Below are positions 1 through 8,346 of a DNA stretch of 64,000 bases, piece after piece. Under the pieces are notes generated by a model. It searched no databases. It was not told the DNA's origin and saw only the letters and a program-made list of their open reading frames with translations. Location: positions 2,784,001 through 2,848,000 of the forward strand of contig CBDCOX010000002.1 of assembly GCA_965219995.1 (NCBI GenBank), written 5' to 3'. Positions within the stretch are counted from its first letter, which is position 1, and every line of letters starts with the position of its first letter. The translations under genes were made by a program, and so were the position numbers. This DNA comes from Candidatus Latescibacterota bacterium (GTDB lineage Bacteria > Latescibacterota > UBA2968 > GCA-2709665).

Positions 1-108
1 TATTACGCGGGGTGCAATCTGAAGACGAATTTCAATCTGTTCGAAGGCGGTGACAACGGCGAGGGGATGCACATCGCCGTGGCCACGATGGAAAAAGACC
101 GGTTATGA
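1..108 (+). CDS. 3' end of an upstream gene (partial; possibly a beta-propeller glycosidase-like protein)
   Basis: Frame 1 reads YYAGCNLKTNFNLFEGGDNGEGMHIAVATMEKDRL*; its TGA (106-108) overlaps the ATG at 105 (ATGA coupling). Confidence 0.55.
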   Translation, partial: YYAGCNLKTNFNLFEGGDNGEGMHIAVATMEKDRL

Positions 109-1046
109 CGCTTCCGGAAGAATCGATGTGCCAACGTAAAATACAGGCGACGGAGATTGACACCGGAATATCGGGTACAATCCGCACGTCCATAGATTTC
201 CTCGACTCTGACGAAATCTTCCACGTTCCGGACCGGAACAGCCGGACGAAATGGAATGGGCCGTGGTGGCACATGGCGGCGCTGTTCGAGACGGGTGAGT
301 CCGGACGAATTCCGGAATCGGCCGTCACCAGGGCGTTGAGACTCCTGAAAGACGGCGCCTGGCCCAGGTTCGTCATCAAGCCGGACGATGGGCCGCAATG
401 CGGCTCCGACCGGACGAAAATGGACTGTTGCCACTGTGAGTTGGCCGTATTTTACATGATACTCGCGTCCTGTGGCTGCAACGTGGATGCCGAACTACCC
501 TGGATTCGGGGGTGGTTTCTGCGTCACCAGTTGCCGGACGGCGGGTTGAATTGCTCCCCGGATGCCTATCGCGGCTCGAGGAAGAGCTCGATTGTCTCGA
601 CGCTTCCGCCGCTGGAAGCCGTTCTCTTCTTCACCAGACGAAACTACACGGATGCGGAGAGGAATTTCCTGGACGAGGGCGCGCGCTACCTGATCGAACA
701 TCGCCTCGTCTGCTCGAAGACGGTTGGCAATGTCATCGACGATGCCTGGTTGAAACCGCTGTTTCCCCGCTTCTTCGAATACGACATCCTGCGGGGCATG
801 TACTTTCTCGCGGAGTGGGCACGAAGAACGGGAGGACCGCTTCCGATTGACGTGATCGAATGGGGCCTTGGCCGGCTCCGTCGACACATGGACGCTGGCG
901 GAGTCGTCGTCGGTAGACATATCAACGATGGCAGCGGCGGATGGAATGGCAGCACGTTCTCGCTGATGGCGTCGACAGGCGCCGTCGGTACCGTTTCGCC
1001 ATACCTGACGAGGCAGCTGGACGTCGTGTTAAAGGCGGTGAGATAG
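105..1046 (+). CDS. Prenyltransferase/squalene-cyclase-like alpha-barrel protein of unknown function
   Basis: 313 aa; QLPDGGLNC (QxxDGG repeat-like) and FPRFFEYDILRG motifs. Confidence 0.65.
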   Translation: MTLPEESMCQRKIQATEIDTGISGTIRTSIDFLDSDEIFHVPDRNSRTKWNGPWWHMAALFETGESGRIPESAVTRALRLLKDGAWPRFVIKPDDGPQCGSDRTKMDCCHCELAVFYMILASCGCNVDAELPWIRGWFLRHQLPDGGLNCSPDAYRGSRKSSIVSTLPPLEAVLFFTRRNYTDAERNFLDEGARYLIEHRLVCSKTVGNVIDDAWLKPLFPRFFEYDILRGMYFLAEWARRTGGPLPIDVIEWGLGRLRRHMDAGGVVVGRHINDGSGGWNGSTFSLMASTGAVGTVSPYLTRQLDVVLKAVR

Positions 1047-1049
1047 AGC

Positions 1050-1424
1050 AGCATTCAGTTGTCAGTTGTCGGCCGTCAGCCAGAAGCAAAAGCGAAAACC
1101 AGCTCACACGGAGACACGAAGACGCAAAGAACGGCAAATGTCGGCCGAAGTCCGGTAACGAAATTGCCAGGCGATAAATACGCGTTCCGGCTGGCGGACC
1201 TATCCCCCCTGCCTGCCGAAAAACCACCGGCAGGCAGGGACCCTTTCCTAAAGGAAAGGGAAACGAGCGTCACGTGATAGGATCCCACTTTCCCCCTTCC
1301 TTTAGGAAGGGGGTCAGGGGGTAGGTCTCGATGGCGGTTAGACGGGAGAGATTGTCTGCCCTGTGCGGTTTCATATCTTGCCAGAGGCATAACGGCAGAA
1401 CCAATCGGGCAAGGATTTCATCTA
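1050..1424. repeat. Composite intergenic repeat, copy 1 (heptamer run + 41-nt module + nested cruciform + 61-nt hairpin module)
   Basis: 1090-1130 matches 15481-15521 (2 mismatches in 41); 1364-1424 matches 15739-15799 (6 mismatches in 61). Confidence 0.8.
1197..1327. repeat. REP-like cruciform palindrome with three internal hairpins
   Basis: Outer arms GACCTATCCCCC...GGGGGTAGGTC; inner CCTGCCTGCCG-N9-CGGCAGGCAGG, CCCTTTCCTAAAGGAAAGGG and CCCCCTTCCTTTAGGAAGGGGG. Confidence 0.75.
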
Positions 1425-1443
1425 TCGAAAACAGGAGAATCCC

Positions 1444-1860
1444 ATGGAAGTCAACAGGGTCGTCCCCTTTTTCGCCGTGAAAGAAATGCAGAAGTCGCTG
1501 GCGTTCTATCTCGACGGACTCGGCTTCGAGCTGGAGGGCAAGTGGGTCAAAGAAGGCGTAATCAGGTGGTGCAGCCTGCGGATCGGCAACGCCGAATTGA
1601 TGCTCCAGGAATTCAGGACCGAAGGCCACGATTCACGGCAATTCAGCGAGAACAAAGGCGAAGGCGTCTCGCTGTTCTTCTTCTGCGACGACGCGGTTGC
1701 ATACTACCGGGACGTCCGGTCGCGGGGCGTCGACGCTTCCGAGCCGCAGGTGGGAAACGGGATGTGGGTCACGTCCCTGGCCGATCCCGACGGATATAGC
1801 CTGTACTTTCAAAGCGCCACGGATGTGCCCGAGGAGACGAGACTATCGGAAGTGGAATGA
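1444..1860 (+). CDS. VOC/glyoxalase/bleomycin-resistance family protein
   Basis: 138 aa; SLAFYLDGLGFE and DPDGY motifs; AGGAG RBS. Confidence 0.9.
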   Translation: MEVNRVVPFFAVKEMQKSLAFYLDGLGFELEGKWVKEGVIRWCSLRIGNAELMLQEFRTEGHDSRQFSENKGEGVSLFFFCDDAVAYYRDVRSRGVDASEPQVGNGMWVTSLADPDGYSLYFQSATDVPEETRLSEVE

Positions 1861-1942
1861 ATGTCGAGGAGTTACACACCGAAGTGAGCGGCCGTAGCCT
1901 TGCCGAACGGAGCGAGAGGCGATTGAAGTGGGACAATCGGGG

Positions 1943-3181
1943 ATGACCGACGGGGAACTGGAAACGAAGGCGATCAGGATCCAGTCCGTGGTGGAGGACA
2001 ACGTGGTGCAGCACCACGGCATGGTGCCCATGCTCGTTCGCGCCTGCGACTATCAGTTGCCGTCCGAGGATGACTATCGCGGCGCGTACCGCCACCGGCA
2101 CCTCCTGGGAAAGACCGAGGCGGAGGTCGGCATCGCCCCCATGCACGTCTGGCGCGCGTGGGAGAATACGCCCACGGACACCGCGTGGTATCTTGGCGCA
2201 ATGAGTTACCGGTACCGATGCGATGGCAACCCGAACGTCCTGGCAATCTGCAGGCGCACCTTCGGGGGTCTGAAGTATATCCATGGGCTCGGCGTCGAGA
2301 AGGGCGAAAGGGGGTTCATGTGCAAACCGTACGGCGGTGTGTACAGCAATCAGGCATCGGGCGACCAGGTGCAATGTATTCTGGTCGGGCTGGCCGCGTA
2401 CCGGCCCATTGCGCCGCCCGAAGACCTCGCCGCTATCGACGAGATCCTCGTGGACATGGCCGATTTCGACATCAAATGGAATTACGTCTCCCCCCATGGC
2501 TATTTCGGACATACCTACGAGTCTCTCGTAGAGTCTATTCTGGGTGAGAACTGGACCAATGCCGCGTGGTCCTACGCCATCATCCACACCCCCCTGCTGT
2601 ACCTGGCCTGGCAGGCCGCGGGACATCCGAAGTACCTCCGCGAGATCCACCGCTGGTACGAGGCCTGCGATACGAGCATCAGGTTCGAGCGCCCCACGGG
2701 CAGGATCACCGGCAGCCAGGGATGGCGCACGCTTTACCTGCCGGCGCTGTTGATGGCGTTCGATCCGGCGAACCACGAATTGTGGCGAAGCCTGATGCTG
2801 CAGACCTACGATATGGTTCGATCGGGCGTGCTGGAAGACGGGACGCAGGCTTACCAATGGAATTTCGACGTGGAAAGCGGCGAACGCGAACTCCTTCCCG
2901 CCAGTCTGTGGGGGGCGGGTCCCGCCGCGACCGGCAGGTCGGGCATCTTCGCCAGGGCCTGCGTCGCGGCGCAGCCGTGGTTTCCGGACGAGGACATGGC
3001 GTCCACCGCCCGGCATATTCTTGAGAATCTCGATTTGGATACATTCCGGTTTATCATGCCGCTGAATGAAAACCAGCCGGTGCCGCCTGAATGGAGGGTG
3101 GAGACCGGGCTGCTTGACATGGACAGCCTGACCGGATGGCTTTGGGGCTACTGGGAGGGCCGGTGGCGCGGGTACTGGTAA
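1943..3181 (+). CDS. Hypothetical protein, probably an alpha/alpha-barrel enzyme
   Basis: Long ORF with coding-like composition, rich in Trp/Tyr helices; alternative GTG start at 1928. Confidence 0.7.
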   Translation: MTDGELETKAIRIQSVVEDNVVQHHGMVPMLVRACDYQLPSEDDYRGAYRHRHLLGKTEAEVGIAPMHVWRAWENTPTDTAWYLGAMSYRYRCDGNPNVLAICRRTFGGLKYIHGLGVEKGERGFMCKPYGGVYSNQASGDQVQCILVGLAAYRPIAPPEDLAAIDEILVDMADFDIKWNYVSPHGYFGHTYESLVESILGENWTNAAWSYAIIHTPLLYLAWQAAGHPKYLREIHRWYEACDTSIRFERPTGRITGSQGWRTLYLPALLMAFDPANHELWRSLMLQTYDMVRSGVLEDGTQAYQWNFDVESGERELLPASLWGAGPAATGRSGIFARACVAAQPWFPDEDMASTARHILENLDLDTFRFIMPLNENQPVPPEWRVETGLLDMDSLTGWLWGYWEGRWRGYW

Positions 3182-3293
3182 GTTGATCGAAATGTAGAGC
3201 CGACTCTTCGCCCTCAAGAGACCGACCGATCTGCGCGAAGCCGCTGATCACTCGCCTGGAGTTTGGATACGGATCCGGGCACGGGAGGTTCAA

Positions 3294-5396
3294 ATGAAAC
3301 CGCGGAAGATACAGCGAATCGCCTTCCTGCAGGACTACAGGAACCGGCCGGAGTCGCTTGTGGACGAGATTCCGGAGGTGGCCGGCCTGGGTTACCACGA
3401 GGTTACCGTGGCGGCAGTGATCGGCCACGAAGAGGCGGTAGCGGAGGTGGCCGGAAAAGCGGAGGAATATGGCCTCGAGGTCTCCACGTTCACCGGATTC
3501 ATGAAATACGCCTACCAGCATCTGGACGAGCATCCCGAGCAGAAGGCCGTGTTCAGCAAGGATGCGGACCACGAGGAACTGGGAAACCTGCCGGCCGTGT
3601 GGGGGTGTCCGTATAACAGGGTGTTCCAGAAGCGGTACCTCGATTTCCTGGAAAGGCTGGCCGAGATACCGAATCTCACGGAAGTGTGGGTGAACGACGA
3701 AGCCTATTTCGGCAGGGAAATCGATCTTCTGGCGTGCTACTGCAAGACCTGCCAGGCGGACTGGGATGACGAAGTCGGCGGGAGGATCCCCATGCCGCCG
3801 TTCAGCGACATGGACGAGAAGGCGCGGCTGGTGACCTGGCGGTTCCGGCGCTGGAACGAAGTACACGGAAAAATGAAAACGGCCCTGAACCGGAATCGCC
3901 GGATCCGGGCGGTATTTCAGAGCGGCCCGCAGCCCTTCTGGGACATCAACCCCTGGATATGCGGTATGGACATCGACGGAATGGTCGAAGCCATCGACGG
4001 CCTCGCAGTCGACGCCTATTACACCTGCGTGCTGCCGGCGGTGGGCAGCGGCCTGTTCACACCGCCCGAGATTTTCCTGAGCGAGTGCTGTCGATTCATC
4101 CGGGGGATGACGCTGGGAGAGGACAAGGTGAGCGTGATGCTGGGGCAGGGGATGTCGCACCCTGAATTCCACAGGCCGCTGGACGAAAGGGACGGATGGT
4201 GGCAGGCCGTGGTTCCGCCGGCCCTGGGCGTGGATCGCGTGACGGCCTATACGTACCGCCTTCAGCGAGCGTCTCCCATGCACCGGACCTTCCAGGAGGC
4301 GTTTCGTCTGGACCCCCATTTCGAACGCACCGAGCCCGTTGTTTCCGTAGCCGTCGTGGACAGCCTGGAAACCCAGTGTTACGACGAGTCCTTACCCGCC
4401 AGGGGCCGCGAGAACTGGCGCATGAGCCGGATGTTCTCCATGGGACAGATGGCCGCCCACTACGGTCTGTCCCATGGGTATCTGCCCTCGTCGAAACTCG
4501 TCCCCGAACATCTGGAACGATATCCGGCGGTGGTGCTGCCCAATGTCTCCTGCCTGTCCACCGACCAAAGAGAAGCGCTCCGTGCGTATGTACAGGACGG
4601 CGGTACGCTGGTGGCGGCGGGGGAAACGGCGACCGGGGACGAAATGGGACGCCCTTCGGACCTGTCGTTTCTCAATGAAGTATTCGGAATTTCGTCGTGT
4701 ACACCCGGCGGGAGTTCCCGCATCTTTGCGGCCGTGAGCGACCACGCGGCGTTCGAAGACCTTCCATGGCCGGATGAGAAAACCGCGTGGGACCCGTGGA
4801 AGGGCGGCAACCGACCTGTGCTCGGGCTGGACCTGGCGGTGGACGTCACATCGGAAGGCGAAGCGGATGTGCTGGCGGTGTTCGAGGAAGCGGGATCCCC
4901 GACCTCGCGTCCCGCCGTCACATTGAAACGCTTCGGCAGGGGGAACGCCGTATTCCTGGCGGGCATCCCGTCTCGATGGATGGATCTCAGGCCGGCGGGC
5001 ACCACGGTTCTCAGCTTTTCCCGCCAGGTGCTGGCGCAGTTGATCCTGTCGCTGGTGGGAGAGAGGTTGCCTGTGGTCGCGAAGGGATTTCCACCACGGG
5101 TGCCGCTGCAGGAGGCCAGACCTCTGGATATTCGATGGAAGCCGACCGTGGAAATCATGCCCTCGGTGGGCGAAGACCTGATCCTGGTGACGGTGCCATC
5201 CTATTTCAGGGAGCCCGGCGCATTCCGGATCGAAGCGAGGCTGCCGGACGGCAAACAGTGCGCCGAAGTGAGGGAACTGGTGTCGGATCAGCCGGTGGCG
5301 GCAACGAGACGGGACGGGCGATCGGTGGAAATCGACGTCAACCTGACCACCGAGGATTTCCTGAAGGTATATGCATTCACCCTCGCCCCGGCCTAA
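3294..5396 (+). CDS. GH42-like TIM-barrel glycoside hydrolase with a C-terminal trimerization/class I GAT-like domain
   Basis: 700 aa; NDEA, CYCKTC Cys motif, LPNVSCLS...LRAYVQDGGTLVA; GGAGG RBS. Confidence 0.75.
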   Translation: MKPRKIQRIAFLQDYRNRPESLVDEIPEVAGLGYHEVTVAAVIGHEEAVAEVAGKAEEYGLEVSTFTGFMKYAYQHLDEHPEQKAVFSKDADHEELGNLPAVWGCPYNRVFQKRYLDFLERLAEIPNLTEVWVNDEAYFGREIDLLACYCKTCQADWDDEVGGRIPMPPFSDMDEKARLVTWRFRRWNEVHGKMKTALNRNRRIRAVFQSGPQPFWDINPWICGMDIDGMVEAIDGLAVDAYYTCVLPAVGSGLFTPPEIFLSECCRFIRGMTLGEDKVSVMLGQGMSHPEFHRPLDERDGWWQAVVPPALGVDRVTAYTYRLQRASPMHRTFQEAFRLDPHFERTEPVVSVAVVDSLETQCYDESLPARGRENWRMSRMFSMGQMAAHYGLSHGYLPSSKLVPEHLERYPAVVLPNVSCLSTDQREALRAYVQDGGTLVAAGETATGDEMGRPSDLSFLNEVFGISSCTPGGSSRIFAAVSDHAAFEDLPWPDEKTAWDPWKGGNRPVLGLDLAVDVTSEGEADVLAVFEEAGSPTSRPAVTLKRFGRGNAVFLAGIPSRWMDLRPAGTTVLSFSRQVLAQLILSLVGERLPVVAKGFPPRVPLQEARPLDIRWKPTVEIMPSVGEDLILVTVPSYFREPGAFRIEARLPDGKQCAEVRELVSDQPVAATRRDGRSVEIDVNLTTEDFLKVYAFTLAPA

Positions 5397-5443
5397 TCGG
5401 ACGGACGCGCCGACACCATTTTGTGCAACGTTAGCTATCGCAA

Positions 5444-5878
5444 TCAGGAACGATTGATTCGCGATCGGATGCAGGCGTCCACACCGTATTTTCCGGCGCC
5501 GACCAGCAGGAACATCACCGCGATAGCCAGGTAGAGAAGCGCCATCTCCTTCCTGCCGAACGGGTCTGCTGCGTGCACGCCGAACGCGGCCACCAGCATG
5601 GTGAATCCCATCAGCGCCGTGCCCGGCCGCGTCAGCAGTCCCAGCGCCAGCATCAGCCCGCCTCCGAACTCCCCGAACGCGGCCGCCCAGGCGAAGAACT
5701 CCGGAAGGGGAAATCCCAGCTTTGCCGTACCGGCCACCAGTCCGGGGGACGGCGGTATCTTCCCGATGCCGTGCCCGAATGCCATACTCAGCCCGGCAAT
5801 AACCCTCAGGATTGCCAGTCCCAGATTCGCCTTGTCGGACTCAATCTCCGCACCGCCAAACAACAGTTCCCTGTACAT
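5444..5878 (-). CDS. DoxX family membrane protein
   Basis: 144 aa, 4 TM; HGIGK, EFGGGLMLALGLLTRP and GAGKYGVD motifs. Confidence 0.9.
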   Translation of the reverse strand: MYRELLFGGAEIESDKANLGLAILRVIAGLSMAFGHGIGKIPPSPGLVAGTAKLGFPLPEFFAWAAAFGEFGGGLMLALGLLTRPGTALMGFTMLVAAFGVHAADPFGRKEMALLYLAIAVMFLLVGAGKYGVDACIRSRINRS

Positions 5879-6161
5879 ACGTGTTCTCCCGTTTTTCGAT
5901 TACGGTTAATCGTGGATGGCTTGTCCGGTCTCCCCAGGCTGCCAACCACCGCGCCGATCTTGTTGCTCTTTGCACCCCATAAGCTTACCTTACACCTGAA
6001 GTGACTTCCCCCAATGCATCCCCTTTTCAGATGCTCCAGGCGCAGTTGAGACCCACTCGATCTTCCAACCACAATACCGATAGTCAGTATCGTCAAAGAG
6101 ACGACGCGGTGCGGCTCAGTCTGCTGGGAACCGCCCGTAATTCGACGTCGACGACGATTCA

Positions 6162-6190
6162 AGTATAGTACATAACCCTTTGAAAAGCAA
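6162..6190 (-). promoter_or_regulatory. Putative sigma70 promoter towards doxX
   Basis: Minus strand TTGCTT-N17-TATACT. Confidence 0.5.
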
Positions 6191-6269
6191 GATCGGTCGA
6201 GTGCCGTTCCCTTGCCGGGCAAGGCGCCGCGTCAACTCGGCCTTTGTCAGCATAAAAGGAGAAAAGCGC

Positions 6270-7430
6270 ATGAAGATTACCGACGTGAAAGTCCTGCCCA
6301 TCGATCGATATCTCTTTGTCCAGGTGCATACCGATGAGGGGATCGTGGGGCTGGGAGAGTCGGGCGCCTGGGGCTACCTGGAAGCCTCCGGCGAGGTGGT
6401 CAAGAGCTTCAGGGAATACCTGATCGGAAAGGACCCCCTGCGCATCGAACACCACTGGCAGGTCCTGTACCGGTGTACGCACTTTCGGGGCGCCGCGATC
6501 ATGGGCGCCCTGAGCGCGGTGGACATCGCCCTCTGGGATATTGCGGGCAAACATTTCGGGGTGCCGTGCTACCAGCTTCTGGGCGGCAGGTGCCGGGACA
6601 AGGCACGGGTCTACGGCCACGTCATCGGGAGCACCAAGGAGGAGCTTTTGAGAGGCTGCGTGCAGGCCAGGGCGGAGGGATATACAGCCGTTGGCCACCT
6701 GACGCCCTTTCTGGATGAGTCACGGAATGTCCCCTATTACAAGACCCATACGGACAAGATTCAGGACGCGATTCAGACGGTGGCGGCGTACCGCGAGGCG
6801 GTCGGCGACGAGGTGGACCTGTGCATCGAGATCCACCGGCGGCTGGACCCGGCAGAAGCCATCGTGTTGGGCAGGGCTATCGAACCCTATCGCCCGTTTT
6901 TCTACGAGGATCCAATCCGGCCCGACAATCTGGACGCCATGGCCGAAGTCGCAAAGAAAATCGCGGTCCCCATCGCCACCGGCGAGCGAATCCACACGAT
7001 CTACGAATTCGAAATGCTTCTTACGCGCAACGCGGTCCAGTATGTACGACCGGACGTCTGCATGGCCGGCGGCATCACCCATTGCAAGAAGATCGCGGCC
7101 CTCGCCGAGGCGCACTACGTGGACGTGGTGCCGCACAATCCGCTCAGCCCGGTGAGCACGGCCGCCTGCGTCCAGCTCGCCGCGTGCATCCCGAATTTCG
7201 CACTGCAGGAATACCCGAGGGGTGAAGGCGAGCCGCCGAAGAGCGAAATCGTGTCGGGCACGCTCACGCTGGACGACGGATTCCTGATCATCCCCGATGC
7301 TCCGGGAATCGGCGTGGAACTCGCGGAAGGCGCCGCGGAGAAATACCCGTTCCTCTCGCACCGACCGTTGCTGGATGAGGGGATGATGGTCACCAGGCTG
7401 CACGTCGACGGGTCCGTGGTCGACCAGTAG
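6270..7430 (+). CDS. Galactonate dehydratase-like enzyme (mandelate racemase/enolase superfamily)
   Basis: SAVDIALWDIAGK, EIHRRL, FYEDPIRP, ATGERI, GGITHCKKIAALAEA and PHNPLSP motifs; AAGGAG RBS before ATG 6270. Confidence 0.9.
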   Translation: MKITDVKVLPIDRYLFVQVHTDEGIVGLGESGAWGYLEASGEVVKSFREYLIGKDPLRIEHHWQVLYRCTHFRGAAIMGALSAVDIALWDIAGKHFGVPCYQLLGGRCRDKARVYGHVIGSTKEELLRGCVQARAEGYTAVGHLTPFLDESRNVPYYKTHTDKIQDAIQTVAAYREAVGDEVDLCIEIHRRLDPAEAIVLGRAIEPYRPFFYEDPIRPDNLDAMAEVAKKIAVPIATGERIHTIYEFEMLLTRNAVQYVRPDVCMAGGITHCKKIAALAEAHYVDVVPHNPLSPVSTAACVQLAACIPNFALQEYPRGEGEPPKSEIVSGTLTLDDGFLIIPDAPGIGVELAEGAAEKYPFLSHRPLLDEGMMVTRLHVDGSVVDQ

Positions 7431-7513
7431 GTCGTCGCATCTGAACGAATGATCGGAGAACCGGTAATATCTCATCCCAAACGCGTGATATCTGAATCAC
7501 AGGAGGACTCACC

Positions 7514-8308
7514 ATGCTCGCGGGGATCTCAGACGAACAGTGGGCGCAGTTTGAGAATGAAGGGTACGTACGACTTGGAAAGGTGATGGACGACGACGAA
7601 CTGGCGGGCCTGCAGCGGCGCATAGACGACATCATGCTCGGCAACGTCAAGGTCCACGATCAGATGTTTATGCAGCTGGACAGCGAGACGGGCGACTATT
7701 CGGAGAAGCGGATCACAACGAGAGGGCACCAGGTATCGACGTTGAACTATCGAAAGATCCAGGACCTGGAGTTCGACCCGCTGTTCCTGTCCTACATTCA
7801 GAAACCGGTTTTCCGCGACATCTGCGCGAGGGCCTACGGTCCCGAGACGCCGATATCCTGCTATCGGGCCATGTTTATGAACAAGCCGGCGGGGAAGGGT
7901 ACAACACTACCCTGGCACCAGGACCGGTTCAGCATTCTCGACACGGATCCGATCGTAACCGTGTGGACGGCGCTGGATCGGGTGTCGGTTGAGAACGGCT
8001 GCGTAGGGATCGTGCCCGGGTCCCACCGGGGCACTTTCGAGCAGGACGACTCCGCCAGCTTCGCCTTTCTGACCGACGATCAGGCCACCGCCGTTCTGGA
8101 AAGGGAAGCGCATGAGTACCTGGAAATGGAGGCGGGGGAAGCGGCACTGTTACATAACTGGCTGCTCCACGGATCGGGCGTGAACCGGACCGACGCCTCC
8201 CGCCGCGGGTTCAGCTGCTGTTACATGGACGCCGCCACAAGGTCCGACCATGGGACCACCTTCTCAATCATCTTCGGCGAGGGCGCCCTGACCCCCGGAA
8301 CACTCTAA
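7514..8308 (+). CDS. Phytanoyl-CoA dioxygenase (PhyH) family Fe(II)/2-oxoglutarate dioxygenase
   Basis: WHQD, VWTALD, ENGC..VPGSH and LHGSGVNRT..RR motifs. Confidence 0.9.
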   Translation: MLAGISDEQWAQFENEGYVRLGKVMDDDELAGLQRRIDDIMLGNVKVHDQMFMQLDSETGDYSEKRITTRGHQVSTLNYRKIQDLEFDPLFLSYIQKPVFRDICARAYGPETPISCYRAMFMNKPAGKGTTLPWHQDRFSILDTDPIVTVWTALDRVSVENGCVGIVPGSHRGTFEQDDSASFAFLTDDQATAVLEREAHEYLEMEAGEAALLHNWLLHGSGVNRTDASRRGFSCCYMDAATRSDHGTTFSIIFGEGALTPGTL

Positions 8309-8346
8309 GTCATCCGGCCGATCCCCACCATCAGAGGAATTCAGAA

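Noticed and set aside
105-1046. Squalene-hopene cyclase call
   Set aside because: Too short, has only one QxxDGG-like repeat and no DxDD catalytic motif
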